Below, piece by piece: positions 47,970 through 57,589 of a stretch of 64,000 nucleotides of DNA. Origin of the DNA: a virus. Under the pieces are notes generated by a model. It was not told the DNA's origin, did no database searches, and saw only the letters and a program-made list of their open reading frames with translations. The position numbers and the translations under genes are program-made. Each line of letters starts with the position of its first letter. Within the stretch, counting starts at the first letter, position 1. The stretch lies in the IMG/VR virus record IMGVR_UViG_3300028706_000553; one strand, 5' to 3'.

Positions 47970-48706
47970 AAATAAATCCAACAGAACTATGTAATCGAAA
48001 ATGTAGTTTTTGTGCTAGATCAGAAGATTATCCAAATCAAAATTTAAATTTAGATTTAAGAGGTGCTTTTATAATAAGGAAAAGGCTTGAAGAAATGGAT
48101 TGGAGAGGAAGTCTCAAATTGACCGGTCAAGGTGAACCAACTCTTAATAAAAAAATAATTAGAATTGCCCAAGCATTACAATCGCATAACTGGGAATTAA
48201 CAACTATTACTAATGGTGATTTTTTACATAATATAGATTCAAAATATTTTAAAGTTTTTGATAAAATTACAATATCTTGTTACGAAAAGGAAAAGTTTGA
48301 AGATTATAAAAAGTTTGATGTCGAAGTTAGAAAACAGTGGCTTCCAGAAAATCAAACCCTATTTAATAATTGTGGTGGAGCCCTTGAAAGCACTAAAAAA
48401 ATACCTATGCAACGGGAGTGTTATACCCCGTTTTACAGAGCTTATATCGATTGGAACTTAGATGTAAGGTTGTGTTGTCATGATTGGAAATATAAACATA
48501 CATTTGGTAATTTAAAAGATAAGACATTCAAAGAGATTTGGTATTGTAAGGAATTTCAAAAATTAAGAAAACAATTAAAAGATGGTAATAGATCATTAGC
48601 ATCATCTGCATGCTCAGAATGTAATGCAAATGGCAAAATGAATGTGCGCACAAATACTACGGATGGTAAATCAATATTTGAGAATTGGAAATATGATAAA
48701 ACATGA
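47951..48706 (+). CDS. Radical SAM / C-terminal SPASM protein (rSAM 8), tandem paralog of rSAM 7
   Basis: CNRKCSFC, GQGEPT, CYTPF..CCHDW..GNL..CSEC. Confidence 0.9.
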   Translation: MVPNIIEINPTELCNRKCSFCARSEDYPNQNLNLDLRGAFIIRKRLEEMDWRGSLKLTGQGEPTLNKKIIRIAQALQSHNWELTTITNGDFLHNIDSKYFKVFDKITISCYEKEKFEDYKKFDVEVRKQWLPENQTLFNNCGGALESTKKIPMQRECYTPFYRAYIDWNLDVRLCCHDWKYKHTFGNLKDKTFKEIWYCKEFQKLRKQLKDGNRSLASSACSECNANGKMNVRTNTTDGKSIFENWKYDKT

Positions 48707-49001
48707 AGATTTAGTTTATTGTGGAGCATGGCATGGAGATAAAAAATGGAAGGAGGTTGAAATTGCATCTGATTTCTCCGTTTATCCCTGTTGTCTACTT
48801 AATGCCGCACATCAACTAAACAATACATATTTTGATAAAAAATTAGATAGCATGGACAAAGATTGGAATAATTTAAAGCATAATAAATTAAAAGATATTT
48901 TAGAAATTTGGCGTCAACATATAAAACCCGAATATTGGAAAGATGAAAAAACCTTGCCGGGTTGTTGTAATAATTTTTGTAGTATAAAATCGGACAAGTA
49001 A
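48693..49001 (+). CDS. Stand-alone SPASM/twitch-like Fe-S domain protein
   Basis: YC..EIASDFSVYPCC..NNLKHNKLKDIL..CCNNFC; no CxxxCxxC. Confidence 0.7.
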   Translation: MIKHEDLVYCGAWHGDKKWKEVEIASDFSVYPCCLLNAAHQLNNTYFDKKLDSMDKDWNNLKHNKLKDILEIWRQHIKPEYWKDEKTLPGCCNNFCSIKSDK

Positions 49002-49729
49002 TGGTAAAAGAAATAGATCATTATTATGAAAAATTGTGGCTAGATTTTGATTTCACTATATCAAGCTATTGTAATGCGGCATGCCCTTCCTGTAAAAGAT
49101 ATGAAGATTTTCTTATTACAGAATATAATCCTAATCAACCATTACATCCGGGACTAAAACAATTACATATGGATTTTGACATCTACAGATCAATTATAGA
49201 AAGAGATATCGAACTGTTCAAAAATAAATATGTGACATTTGAGGGGGAATTAGGGGACGCCCTCACTAATCCAAATATATTAAAATTTATAGATTATAGT
49301 TCTAGCGTATTTAAAAGACTCAGAATAGTTACTAACGGGGGGCTTAGAACATCTAAATTTTTTAATGACTTGGGAAATACATATAATAATTTAGAAATTA
49401 TGTTTTCTATAGATGGATTAGATAATGAGATCAATCAAAAGTATAGAAGACGTGTCAATACGCCAAAAGCATATGAGAACATGATTGCATATAAACAGAG
49501 TAAATATGGTGCCGGCACAACATTTTGGCAATATTTAATTTTTCAGCATAATTGGTTTGAAATTCCAGAAATATTAAACATTGCAAAAAAGTATAAAATT
49601 GTGATTGATATGAAAATTAATAATCGGCCTAAATTTCGAATTGAAGAGAAACTCATACCGAACGTTATGGAGACGTATGAACAAAATAAGTTTGAATGCA
49701 GTTCACTACAACAGATAAAGTCTAGATAG
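49001..49729 (+). CDS. Radical SAM core lacking the C-terminal Fe-S domain (rSAM 9)
   Basis: CNAACPSC, GELGDAL, TNGG, FSIDG, WQYLIFQHN; TAATG overlap with the upstream domain gene. Confidence 0.85.
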   Translation: MVKEIDHYYEKLWLDFDFTISSYCNAACPSCKRYEDFLITEYNPNQPLHPGLKQLHMDFDIYRSIIERDIELFKNKYVTFEGELGDALTNPNILKFIDYSSSVFKRLRIVTNGGLRTSKFFNDLGNTYNNLEIMFSIDGLDNEINQKYRRRVNTPKAYENMIAYKQSKYGAGTTFWQYLIFQHNWFEIPEILNIAKKYKIVIDMKINNRPKFRIEEKLIPNVMETYEQNKFECSSLQQIKSR

Positions 49730-49734
49730 ATATT

Positions 49735-50751
49735 ATGATAAATTCTGAATTTCAACCACTAAAAGAAATGATCGTGGGCGCTTCATATTTAAATCATACA
49801 AGTATGATTGAAGGGTTAGATCAAGTTATAGAAGAAACAAATGAAGACTGTAGGACTTTAGCAGATATATTAACAGAGCTAGGGGTAAAAGTTCTAAGAC
49901 CTAAACAGAAGGCATTTAATAAAAAAGTTCATCATCCTATAATGCCTAGAGATGTATTTGGGTTTTACGGCAATAAAATGATACAAACGTATGGGGCTAT
50001 TCATTCAAGACAAGAAGAATTAATATGTTATGATGAAATAGTAAATACATATAAAGATAAGATTCTTATTAGAATGGGTAAGCCTGATATAGATGAAACA
50101 GAAGAAACTGAATATACTGAAGCCCATTCTAATAAGATTAAAGTACAACAAAGATATGACAAATATAAAGATTTGTGTTTGTGGGAAACAGCTAACATGG
50201 TAAAATGCGGCGAGCATATTTTGCATACTCAATCCGCTGATAAAGATCCAATAAGTGGAAAAGGAACAGAAGTAGGTTTACAGTTTATGAAAGAGATGTT
50301 ACCAGAATTTAAATTTATAGAGCTCCCAGTCGGTGGTCATATTGATGGTAAATTAGCTCTTTTAAGACCAGGACTTTTATTAACATGGCGGAAAGAATTT
50401 ATTCCTGATGCACTCAAAAATTGGGATGCTATTATAGTAAATGATAAGTCCAAGTTACCGGACGAATTTAAAAGTACTCGTAAACAGCGGTTTTATAAAG
50501 ACTATGTGCTAAAGTATTTGAGTGATTGGACAGGATATTGTGAAGAAACATATTTTGATGTTAATTGTATTTCAGTAAATGAAGATACAATAATTACTGC
50601 CGGCAGCGAAAAAGAAAATATTAAACAAATAGAAAAATATGGTATTAATGTTATAAGATGGAAGCATCGTCATAGATACTTCTGGGATGGTGGTGTCCAT
50701 TGTTTTACACAAGATACGGTAAGAAAGGGTTCCTGTGAAAGATACTTATAA
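49735..50751 (+). CDS. Amidinotransferase (glycine / inosamine-phosphate amidinotransferase family)
   Basis: KEMIVG, GVKVLRP, MPRD, GHIDG..LRPGL, FDVN, DGGVHCFTQD (catalytic Cys). Confidence 0.88.
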   Translation: MINSEFQPLKEMIVGASYLNHTSMIEGLDQVIEETNEDCRTLADILTELGVKVLRPKQKAFNKKVHHPIMPRDVFGFYGNKMIQTYGAIHSRQEELICYDEIVNTYKDKILIRMGKPDIDETEETEYTEAHSNKIKVQQRYDKYKDLCLWETANMVKCGEHILHTQSADKDPISGKGTEVGLQFMKEMLPEFKFIELPVGGHIDGKLALLRPGLLLTWRKEFIPDALKNWDAIIVNDKSKLPDEFKSTRKQRFYKDYVLKYLSDWTGYCEETYFDVNCISVNEDTIITAGSEKENIKQIEKYGINVIRWKHRHRYFWDGGVHCFTQDTVRKGSCERYL

Positions 50752-52177
50752 ACAATATATAGATAATGACCCGGAGACGCCTTCTTCAACATTTTGTGCG
50801 TTACCTTGGATGCACATTTCAACTCGCCCATCAGGTCATATGAGGGTATGCTGTACTGCAAATGCTTCTGCAGTACAAGATAAGAATTCAACAAATAAGA
50901 CAATATCAGAAGCGGGTGTTCTCAGAAGAGATGATGGGAAACCTGCTAACCTAGCAACCACACGTTTACTAGATGCATGGAATAATGAGTATATGAAATC
51001 CGTGCGTAGAATGATGCTTAAAGGTGAGCGTCCTGCATCTTGTTTAAAGTGCTTTAAGGAGGAAGATGCCGGACATAGAAGTAAAAGACAATGGGAAACA
51101 TCAAAATGGGTCAACGAACTCGGACTGGAAGATGTTCTTAGCGGAACAGAAGAGGATGGAACCATTCCTCCAAGAGTACGGTATATTGATCTTCGGCTTG
51201 GCAGTAAGTGTAATCTTGCATGCGTTATGTGCAGTCCTCACGATTCATCTAAATGGGTAAAAGAATATAAACAGATTTGGCCTACTCTAGAAAATAAAAG
51301 ACTCAAGTCTAATATGGAGTGGGAAAAGGAATCTGGGAAGTTAGCATGGTCGGGTGGTTCATATGCATGGCATAAAAAGAACCCGGAATTTTGGGAAGAC
51401 TTTTATGAACAGGTACCTACACTAAGACAGTTATATTGGGCAGGTGGTGAAGCACTTATAATGAATGAACATTATGAGGTTCTTGAAAAAATTATTGAAA
51501 TGGGGCATGCTAAAAATATTGAATTGAGATATAATTCAAATGGTATAGAATGGCAACCTAATTTATTTGATCTTTGGAAAGAATTTAAAAATGTTATTAT
51601 GCATTTTAGTATAGATGATTATGGTGAACGTAATCATTATATTAGATATCCTGCACCATGGAAAAGAGTTGTAAAACAATTACACAAAATAGATGATTAT
51701 CCACATGGCAATCTAAGATTAACAACTGCAACATGTGTTACAGCTCTAAATATTTTTTACCTACCTGAATTTATAACTTGGAAATTAGAAGAAGATTGGA
51801 AGTTATTAAATAAATTTCCTGCCGGTGCCGGAATGATAGATTTGCACTTAGCATATTGGCCGCCCCAATTAAATTGTAAAGTATTACCTGATTGGTTTAA
51901 AAAAGAAACAACATTAAAATATAAAGATTTTGGAAAATGGTTAAAGAGTAATTGGAAGAAGTGTAATGGGGTTGATGATTTAACTTGGGATGAATGGAAA
52001 GAGTTACCCTATGGTATAAAGAGATTAGAAGGATTAGTATCATTCATGAACGATGAAGATTGGTCGGAAAGGTTACCAGAAACAGTTGAATGGTGTTATA
52101 CAGTATCAAAAAAAAGAGATTTAGATTTTAATAAAATATTTCCAGATCTTGAATGGTTAGAGTGGTATAATAAATAG
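50735..52177 (+). CDS. Radical SAM protein with N-terminal twitch-like domain (rSAM 10)
   Basis: FCALPW..VCC..CLKC; CNLACVMC; AGGEAL. Confidence 0.92.
   Translation: MKDTYKQYIDNDPETPSSTFCALPWMHISTRPSGHMRVCCTANASAVQDKNSTNKTISEAGVLRRDDGKPANLATTRLLDAWNNEYMKSVRRMMLKGERPASCLKCFKEEDAGHRSKRQWETSKWVNELGLEDVLSGTEEDGTIPPRVRYIDLRLGSKCNLACVMCSPHDSSKWVKEYKQIWPTLENKRLKSNMEWEKESGKLAWSGGSYAWHKKNPEFWEDFYEQVPTLRQLYWAGGEALIMNEHYEVLEKIIEMGHAKNIELRYNSNGIEWQPNLFDLWKEFKNVIMHFSIDDYGERNHYIRYPAPWKRVVKQLHKIDDYPHGNLRLTTATCVTALNIFYLPEFITWKLEEDWKLLNKFPAGAGMIDLHLAYWPPQLNCKVLPDWFKKETTLKYKDFGKWLKSNWKKCNGVDDLTWDEWKELPYGIKRLEGLVSFMNDEDWSERLPETVEWCYTVSKKRDLDFNKIFPDLEWLEWYNK
52170..52176 (+). promoter_or_regulatory. Late-promoter-like ATAAATA upstream of the QueC-like gene
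   Basis: Overlaps the upstream stop, 13 nt before ATG 52190. Confidence 0.4.
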
Positions 52178-52189
52178 TAAAAACATATT

Positions 52190-53002
52190 ATGAAATTGAC
52201 ATATTTAAATAAAACAGTTGAAATTAATATTCCATCAACCACAAAACGGTTAAAGCAACAAGTTCTAGAAGATTTTTTTGATTCATATAAAGATGCAGAT
52301 AAGGAACCATATGAAAATGAAGAATTTTTATTTAAATTGGGTTCGTTTGAAGGTTCTTCAGATATAGAAGAAATTCCTGTTAATGTTATAGGACAATGGA
52401 TGTCTGGTGGGGCAGATAGTTCTTTATTGGCTTATCTATTGTGTAAAAAAATACGTGATGAAGAATTGGATATTAAATTTCAACCTATATCTGTTCGTAG
52501 AGGCAGAGCGAACAATCCTATATATGCCGGAAACGTAATAGACTTTATAGAGGAAGATTTGGGTGTTGATTTCATTTTACCTCACGAGGTTTATTATCCT
52601 CCATTGGATGATGAATATATGAGAGAAATAAAAATATTTTGGGAAAGAGATGATTATAATTTTCGTCATCGTAAATTTGAAATATTATATTCAGGAATCA
52701 CTTCAAATCCACCAGCGGATGATTCAACAATACCTAAGAACAAAGAACGTGTTAGGGATGTCACTGAAGTTGATAAAATTGTTGAACAACGAAATGGATA
52801 TAGACATTATATAAATCCATTTATAAATGTTAATAAAAAATGGGAGGCAGAAGCATATAAAGATAAAGGATTATTAGATTCTTTATTTCCATTGACATAT
52901 AGTTGTGAAGGAAGTATTGAAGCCACAAAACATCATACTCAACATTGTAAAAGGTGTTGGTGGTGTCAGGAACGATATTGGGCATTTGGTAGATATGTAT
53001 AA
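52190..53002 (+). CDS. QueC-like PP-loop ATPase (adenine nucleotide alpha-hydrolase)
   Basis: MSGGADSSLL PP-loop; YSC..HCKRCWWCQER Zn-binding tail. Confidence 0.75.
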   Translation: MKLTYLNKTVEINIPSTTKRLKQQVLEDFFDSYKDADKEPYENEEFLFKLGSFEGSSDIEEIPVNVIGQWMSGGADSSLLAYLLCKKIRDEELDIKFQPISVRRGRANNPIYAGNVIDFIEEDLGVDFILPHEVYYPPLDDEYMREIKIFWERDDYNFRHRKFEILYSGITSNPPADDSTIPKNKERVRDVTEVDKIVEQRNGYRHYINPFINVNKKWEAEAYKDKGLLDSLFPLTYSCEGSIEATKHHTQHCKRCWWCQERYWAFGRYV

Positions 53003-54143
53003 TATAGAAGACAAGTCAAATAGATATCAGATTATTTGGGATTTAGGTCGTAGATGTTCTTATGCATGTACATATTGCCCCCCTCATCGTAATAATAAAA
53101 CTTCTCCGTTTATAGATTTTGAAACATTAAGAAAAACAATGAGTGGTGTTGCAGAGTATGCTCTTCTTTATGATAATTTTAGAAAGAAACCAGCTAAAAA
53201 GAAATTAAGTTTTACAGGAGGCGAACCAACTGTTCATCCGGATTTTTTTAAACTTTTAAAATATATTAAAAACGAATTTCCTGATTTTAGTAGAGGCCTT
53301 ACAACTAATGGTTGGTTTGGAAATAATATATTAGATAAGGTATTGTCTTATACCACCGGTGGCACTATATCATATCATTGTGAATCAACAAAGAAACAAA
53401 AAAATCAAGTAATATCAAATGCAATAGTTTTAAGAGAAAAATATAAATGTAATGTAATGTTTCATAAAGATTACTTTTGGGAATGTGTAGATGTTTGTGA
53501 AAAGTTGGAAAAGAATGGTGTTGATTTTGTGCCCAGAATTATTGGTGATGATAACCCCACCGACAAGAAATCGATTAAATATGGATATACTCATGTCTAT
53601 GGTCGCGAAGAAATGAAATGGTTTCGTAATTATTGGAAACAGAAAGGACAAAATGTTACAGAAGAAGGAGACACACAAAAAGGATTGGGAAGGCCATGTT
53701 GCGGAGGAAGATGTTTCAAAGCAGACGGCGTGGATAGTTATTTTCTCGCTGATACTAACTTTCTTGGTTGGAATTGTATGGTTAATTGGTACTTTCTCTT
53801 TTTAAATTCAGAAGCAAATCGAGTTTGGACTCATCAAACATGTGGTGTTAATTTAGATGGCGAAGTTGCACCACTGGGAAAGATTACAGACTTTGAAAAG
53901 ATTATTGATGAGTTAGAACATGAATTATATGTTCATAATCGTATACCGATGATTACATGTCCTAAAACATTTTGCGGATGCGGAATGTGTGTAACAAAAA
54001 CTAGTCAGAATATTGAACCTATGTTTACTAAACACGTTGTGTCTGGTTTAGACCATTTTATTGTTCCACAAAAAGAAAGTAATTATGAAGTTGATATAAC
54101 AACTAAAAAAGTTTTAAATGAACTTGATTCCTCAAATGTTTAA
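52995..54143 (+). CDS. Radical SAM protein with C-terminal GWxC-type Fe-S domain (rSAM 11)
   Basis: CSYACTYC, FTGGEPT, TTNG; FLGWNC..TC..CPKTFCGCGMC. Confidence 0.9.
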   Translation: MYNIEDKSNRYQIIWDLGRRCSYACTYCPPHRNNKTSPFIDFETLRKTMSGVAEYALLYDNFRKKPAKKKLSFTGGEPTVHPDFFKLLKYIKNEFPDFSRGLTTNGWFGNNILDKVLSYTTGGTISYHCESTKKQKNQVISNAIVLREKYKCNVMFHKDYFWECVDVCEKLEKNGVDFVPRIIGDDNPTDKKSIKYGYTHVYGREEMKWFRNYWKQKGQNVTEEGDTQKGLGRPCCGGRCFKADGVDSYFLADTNFLGWNCMVNWYFLFLNSEANRVWTHQTCGVNLDGEVAPLGKITDFEKIIDELEHELYVHNRIPMITCPKTFCGCGMCVTKTSQNIEPMFTKHVVSGLDHFIVPQKESNYEVDITTKKVLNELDSSNV

Positions 54144-55122
54144 GATAGGTGTTGTTGAAATAGAATTATCTTCTTTATGTAATGCTAAATGTTCAGCATG
54201 CATGAGAACTATTTTGGATGAAAGAGATGAATGGTATTATAAAGGCAATGTATCTTTAGATGATATAATTGATTGGTTCGAGTCTCTTGATATATCTGAT
54301 ACCAAAATAAAGATGTGTGGGGTTCTAGGTGACCCAATGATTAACCCGGAATTATATGAAATAATATTTTATTTTCTATATGAAAAAAATGTCCGGGATA
54401 TTGAAATGTCAACAAATGGCGGCACACGACCAATACAATTTTGGAAAGACTTAGGACTATTATCAAAACAATCCAATAAAAGATTTCATATTCATTGGGC
54501 GGTTGATGGAGTTACAAGAAATGATTATAGAGAAAACGTTATCCTGGATAAAGTATGGGAAAATATTAATGCTTACCATTCTACTGGCGGCCATAGTATC
54601 TGGCAGTATATCATTTTTGATTATAATGAAAGTGAAGTTGAAATGGCTAGAACAAAGGCAAAAGAAAATGGAATGAAATTTGCCACTAGAGTAAGTTGGA
54701 GAAATACATCAGAAAAAGCTAAAGTAACTTCCAAAGCCGCCAATAAAATAGATTCAGATTCTTATGAAGTAGTTGAAAAAAGGGCTAGATCGAAACAATA
54801 TGAAGATGCCAGAATTGTTTGTAGACATAAAGTAAAGGGTGAAATATATATTGGGGCTAATAAAAGATTATGGCCGTGTTGTCATTTATATGATGAATCT
54901 ATATCACATAAATCAAATGATATAAATCACTTATATGGAAAAATCGGACACGACTTTAATGATTTAACAAAATATTCAATATCTAACATTTTAGAGAGCA
55001 ATTGGTTTAAAACCGAATTAGAAGCAAGTTGGAATAAATTACATTCTCTACATTTACCTAGATGTTATTTGACTTGCGGGGATAATGGAAAAAGAGCAGT
55101 AATTAAAAATGTGGAGCCATAA
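54118..55122 (+). CDS. Radical SAM protein with C-terminal SPASM/twitch domain (rSAM 12)
   Basis: CNAKCSAC, CGVLGDP, STNGG, WQYIIFDYN, PCC..CYLTC. Confidence 0.9.
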   Translation: MNLIPQMFKIGVVEIELSSLCNAKCSACMRTILDERDEWYYKGNVSLDDIIDWFESLDISDTKIKMCGVLGDPMINPELYEIIFYFLYEKNVRDIEMSTNGGTRPIQFWKDLGLLSKQSNKRFHIHWAVDGVTRNDYRENVILDKVWENINAYHSTGGHSIWQYIIFDYNESEVEMARTKAKENGMKFATRVSWRNTSEKAKVTSKAANKIDSDSYEVVEKRARSKQYEDARIVCRHKVKGEIYIGANKRLWPCCHLYDESISHKSNDINHLYGKIGHDFNDLTKYSISNILESNWFKTELEASWNKLHSLHLPRCYLTCGDNGKRAVIKNVEP

Positions 55123-55280
55123 TGAAAAAGAAAACTGGTAAACGAAAAAGTAAATCATGGCGCAGACGTATTCCACGATGTACTCTATGTACAACATGGC
55201 GCTGGCTGGGCAATGCGAAAGAACGTATACGATTTAGCGACCGAAGAAGAATGAAAAATGTGGAACCGGAAAACGATTGA
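55122..55280 (+). CDS. 52-aa highly basic CxxC peptide (below the ORF-track cutoff)
   Basis: Manual translation MKKKTGKRKSKSWRRRIPRCTLCTTWRWLGNAKERIRFSDRRRMKNVEPEND; TAATG overlap with rSAM 12; fills the gap before 55258. Confidence 0.6.
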   Translation: MKKKTGKRKSKSWRRRIPRCTLCTTWRWLGNAKERIRFSDRRRMKNVEPEND

Positions 55281-56184
55281 GTGGATAGATGTTGAGTTAA
55301 CATCATTTTGTAATATAGCTTGCCCTGGCTGTCTTAGGCAAGAAAAGAGAGAGCAAGTTGAATCTATTTTAAATAAAAATATTATTGATTTTGAAGATCT
55401 TAAAAGATGGATTACCTCTAAAGAATTTCCTAATCTTAAATTATTAAATTTTTGTGGTTCCGTAGATGAGCCCACCCTTCATCCAGATATATTAGAAATT
55501 GTAAGACATTTTAAATCTTTTACAGATGTTAATATTGCATCTAATGGGTCTACCAAAACAAAAGAATTTTGGAAGGAGTTGGGTGAACTAGGGGCCTCAG
55601 TATTTTTTGGATTAGATGGAACAGATCAGGAATCATTATTAAAATATCGAATCGGTTCTAATTTTAAAAAAGTGCAAGAAAATTGGAGAGCCTTTATAGG
55701 AGCAGGAGGCAACGCAACTTGGCAGTTTATTGTGTTTGACCATAACGAGCACTTATTTGATGATGCAGAAAGAATGTCGGAAGAGGAAGGGTTTAAAAGA
55801 TTCAGAGCAATATTTTCTCATAGAGGAGGAAGTGGTGAAGTAAAAAAAGAAGTAGAAGAGGAAAAGGAGATTCGATGCAAATATGGAAATCAAAAAAGAT
55901 TATTTATAAATCATACCGGAGCAGTGCTGCCTTGTTGTTATTTAAATTCCGAAGCTTTAGAAATAGCTGCTACTAGAAAAGGAAAAACTAAATTTGGAAA
56001 AATTTGGAATGACTCCGGCGGAATTTTAGCAAATAATTTAAAATATAATACTATATCTGAAGTTATAGATGGTGAAATGTTTGACCTTATACAGAAATCT
56101 TGGGAGTGGCCGGATCCGGTAGAGAAATGTTGGAATACTTGTAAAGTTAAAAAAAGAGATATTTTTATAGATAAGGAGATATAA
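55258..56184 (+). CDS. Radical SAM protein with C-terminal SPASM/twitch domain (rSAM 13)
   Basis: CNIACPGC, CGSVDEP, SNG, WQFIVFDHN, LPCC..CWNTC. Confidence 0.9.
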   Translation: MWNRKTIEWIDVELTSFCNIACPGCLRQEKREQVESILNKNIIDFEDLKRWITSKEFPNLKLLNFCGSVDEPTLHPDILEIVRHFKSFTDVNIASNGSTKTKEFWKELGELGASVFFGLDGTDQESLLKYRIGSNFKKVQENWRAFIGAGGNATWQFIVFDHNEHLFDDAERMSEEEGFKRFRAIFSHRGGSGEVKKEVEEEKEIRCKYGNQKRLFINHTGAVLPCCYLNSEALEIAATRKGKTKFGKIWNDSGGILANNLKYNTISEVIDGEMFDLIQKSWEWPDPVEKCWNTCKVKKRDIFIDKEI

Positions 56185-56185
56185 T

Positions 56186-57589
56186 ATGAAGCAATGTTTT
56201 TATGCAATGGGTGGAATCAATTATAAAAACGGAACTGTTTCATGTTGTCCAAGGCAGGCAGATCAATTAGTTTTTCAGAATGATACTTTTTTACCTTCAG
56301 AAATTTTCAATCATGAAAATTTTAAAGAGTTGAGAAGAAAACTTCATAATGATGAATGGCCTAATGGATGCGATACATGTGAATCAATGGAGGAAGTTGG
56401 TGTCGCTTCTATGAGAAATGATTTCACTTTAGAAAAGAATGGAAGCTTTTATAAGGATCAAGGAAAACCACCTGAAGGCGCTAATATATATACTGTTCAA
56501 TTTTATGAAGAATTTCATAAAGAACATTGTCCAGAAGAACATTTTTTAATAAAGTGTTATAATCCAGAAACTCATGAGACGAGGAATGAAGGGCTGAGAC
56601 ACATAGAACTTAGGTTTAGTAATGCTTGCAATTTTGCTTGTAAACATTGTTCTAAAGTATTTTCTTCTGGATGGAAAGGTAAGCTTCAAAATTTTATACC
56701 AGATGAAGAATCAAAGTTATACGATTTAAAACAATTATTGGGGACTGAGCATAGACATGATAAGGATGACGATTATGAAATGGCTTTAACTGTTGAACAA
56801 TCCTTACAAATAGTTGATGATTTAAATGCTAATTTTCCTTATCTAGAACATATTAATTTTGCAGGAGGAGAACTTTTATATCAAAAACAATTCCTTCCGG
56901 TATTAAAAAAATTAGGAGATCATCCTAATGCTTCTAATATACATCTTAGTTTTCATTCTAATTTTAATTCTGATTTTGATGTTGTTAAATTGTCTGAATT
57001 ATTATTACCATTTAGTACTTCCACTATTACAATATCGATTGATGCAGGCCGAACGTTTTATTCTTATTTTAGAAGTGGTGGGACATGGGAACAATTAGAA
57101 AAAAATATTAAAAAGTTTAGAGAATATAATGATTATACCTGGTTGGATATTACATGTACAACTTCAATATATCAAATGCTGGACATTTATGATGTATTTG
57201 AATCTTTTATAAGTTTAGAAGCATCTGTTAATATATCTATAGTGCAATCTCCAAAATATTTAGATCCTTCATTGATATTATTAGATTTTGAAAAAGAAAC
57301 AATGAAAGATATAGAAAAAACAGAGGAGCTAATTAAGTCATTTTTCGATAAACCTATAGAAAGGGTTTCCGAAAAAACTGGACACATGTATTGGGTAAAG
57401 CATGAACAAACTCTGGAAAAACTGCATCGCATAGTTAAATATATTAAAAGTTTTAAACCCAAATATCATGATTATAATAGATTTTTAATTTATAGAAAAA
57501 AATCCGATATGATATGGAATGAAAATTTTAATGACTATTTTCAAAACTATCAAATAGATGAACATAATGAATTGATTCGCGTAAAATGA
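56186..57589 (+). CDS. Radical SAM protein with N-terminal twitch-like domain (rSAM 14)
   Basis: QCFY..SCC..CDTC; CNFACKHC; FAGGELL. Confidence 0.9.
   Translation: MKQCFYAMGGINYKNGTVSCCPRQADQLVFQNDTFLPSEIFNHENFKELRRKLHNDEWPNGCDTCESMEEVGVASMRNDFTLEKNGSFYKDQGKPPEGANIYTVQFYEEFHKEHCPEEHFLIKCYNPETHETRNEGLRHIELRFSNACNFACKHCSKVFSSGWKGKLQNFIPDEESKLYDLKQLLGTEHRHDKDDDYEMALTVEQSLQIVDDLNANFPYLEHINFAGGELLYQKQFLPVLKKLGDHPNASNIHLSFHSNFNSDFDVVKLSELLLPFSTSTITISIDAGRTFYSYFRSGGTWEQLEKNIKKFREYNDYTWLDITCTTSIYQMLDIYDVFESFISLEASVNISIVQSPKYLDPSLILLDFEKETMKDIEKTEELIKSFFDKPIERVSEKTGHMYWVKHEQTLEKLHRIVKYIKSFKPKYHDYNRFLIYRKKSDMIWNENFNDYFQNYQIDEHNELIRVK

Noticed and set aside
52190-54143. Calling QueC plus the adjacent rSAM a 7-deazaguanine DNA-modification locus
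   Set aside because: The adjacent rSAM has a long Cys-rich tail unlike QueE, and no FolE, QueD or DpdA is visible.
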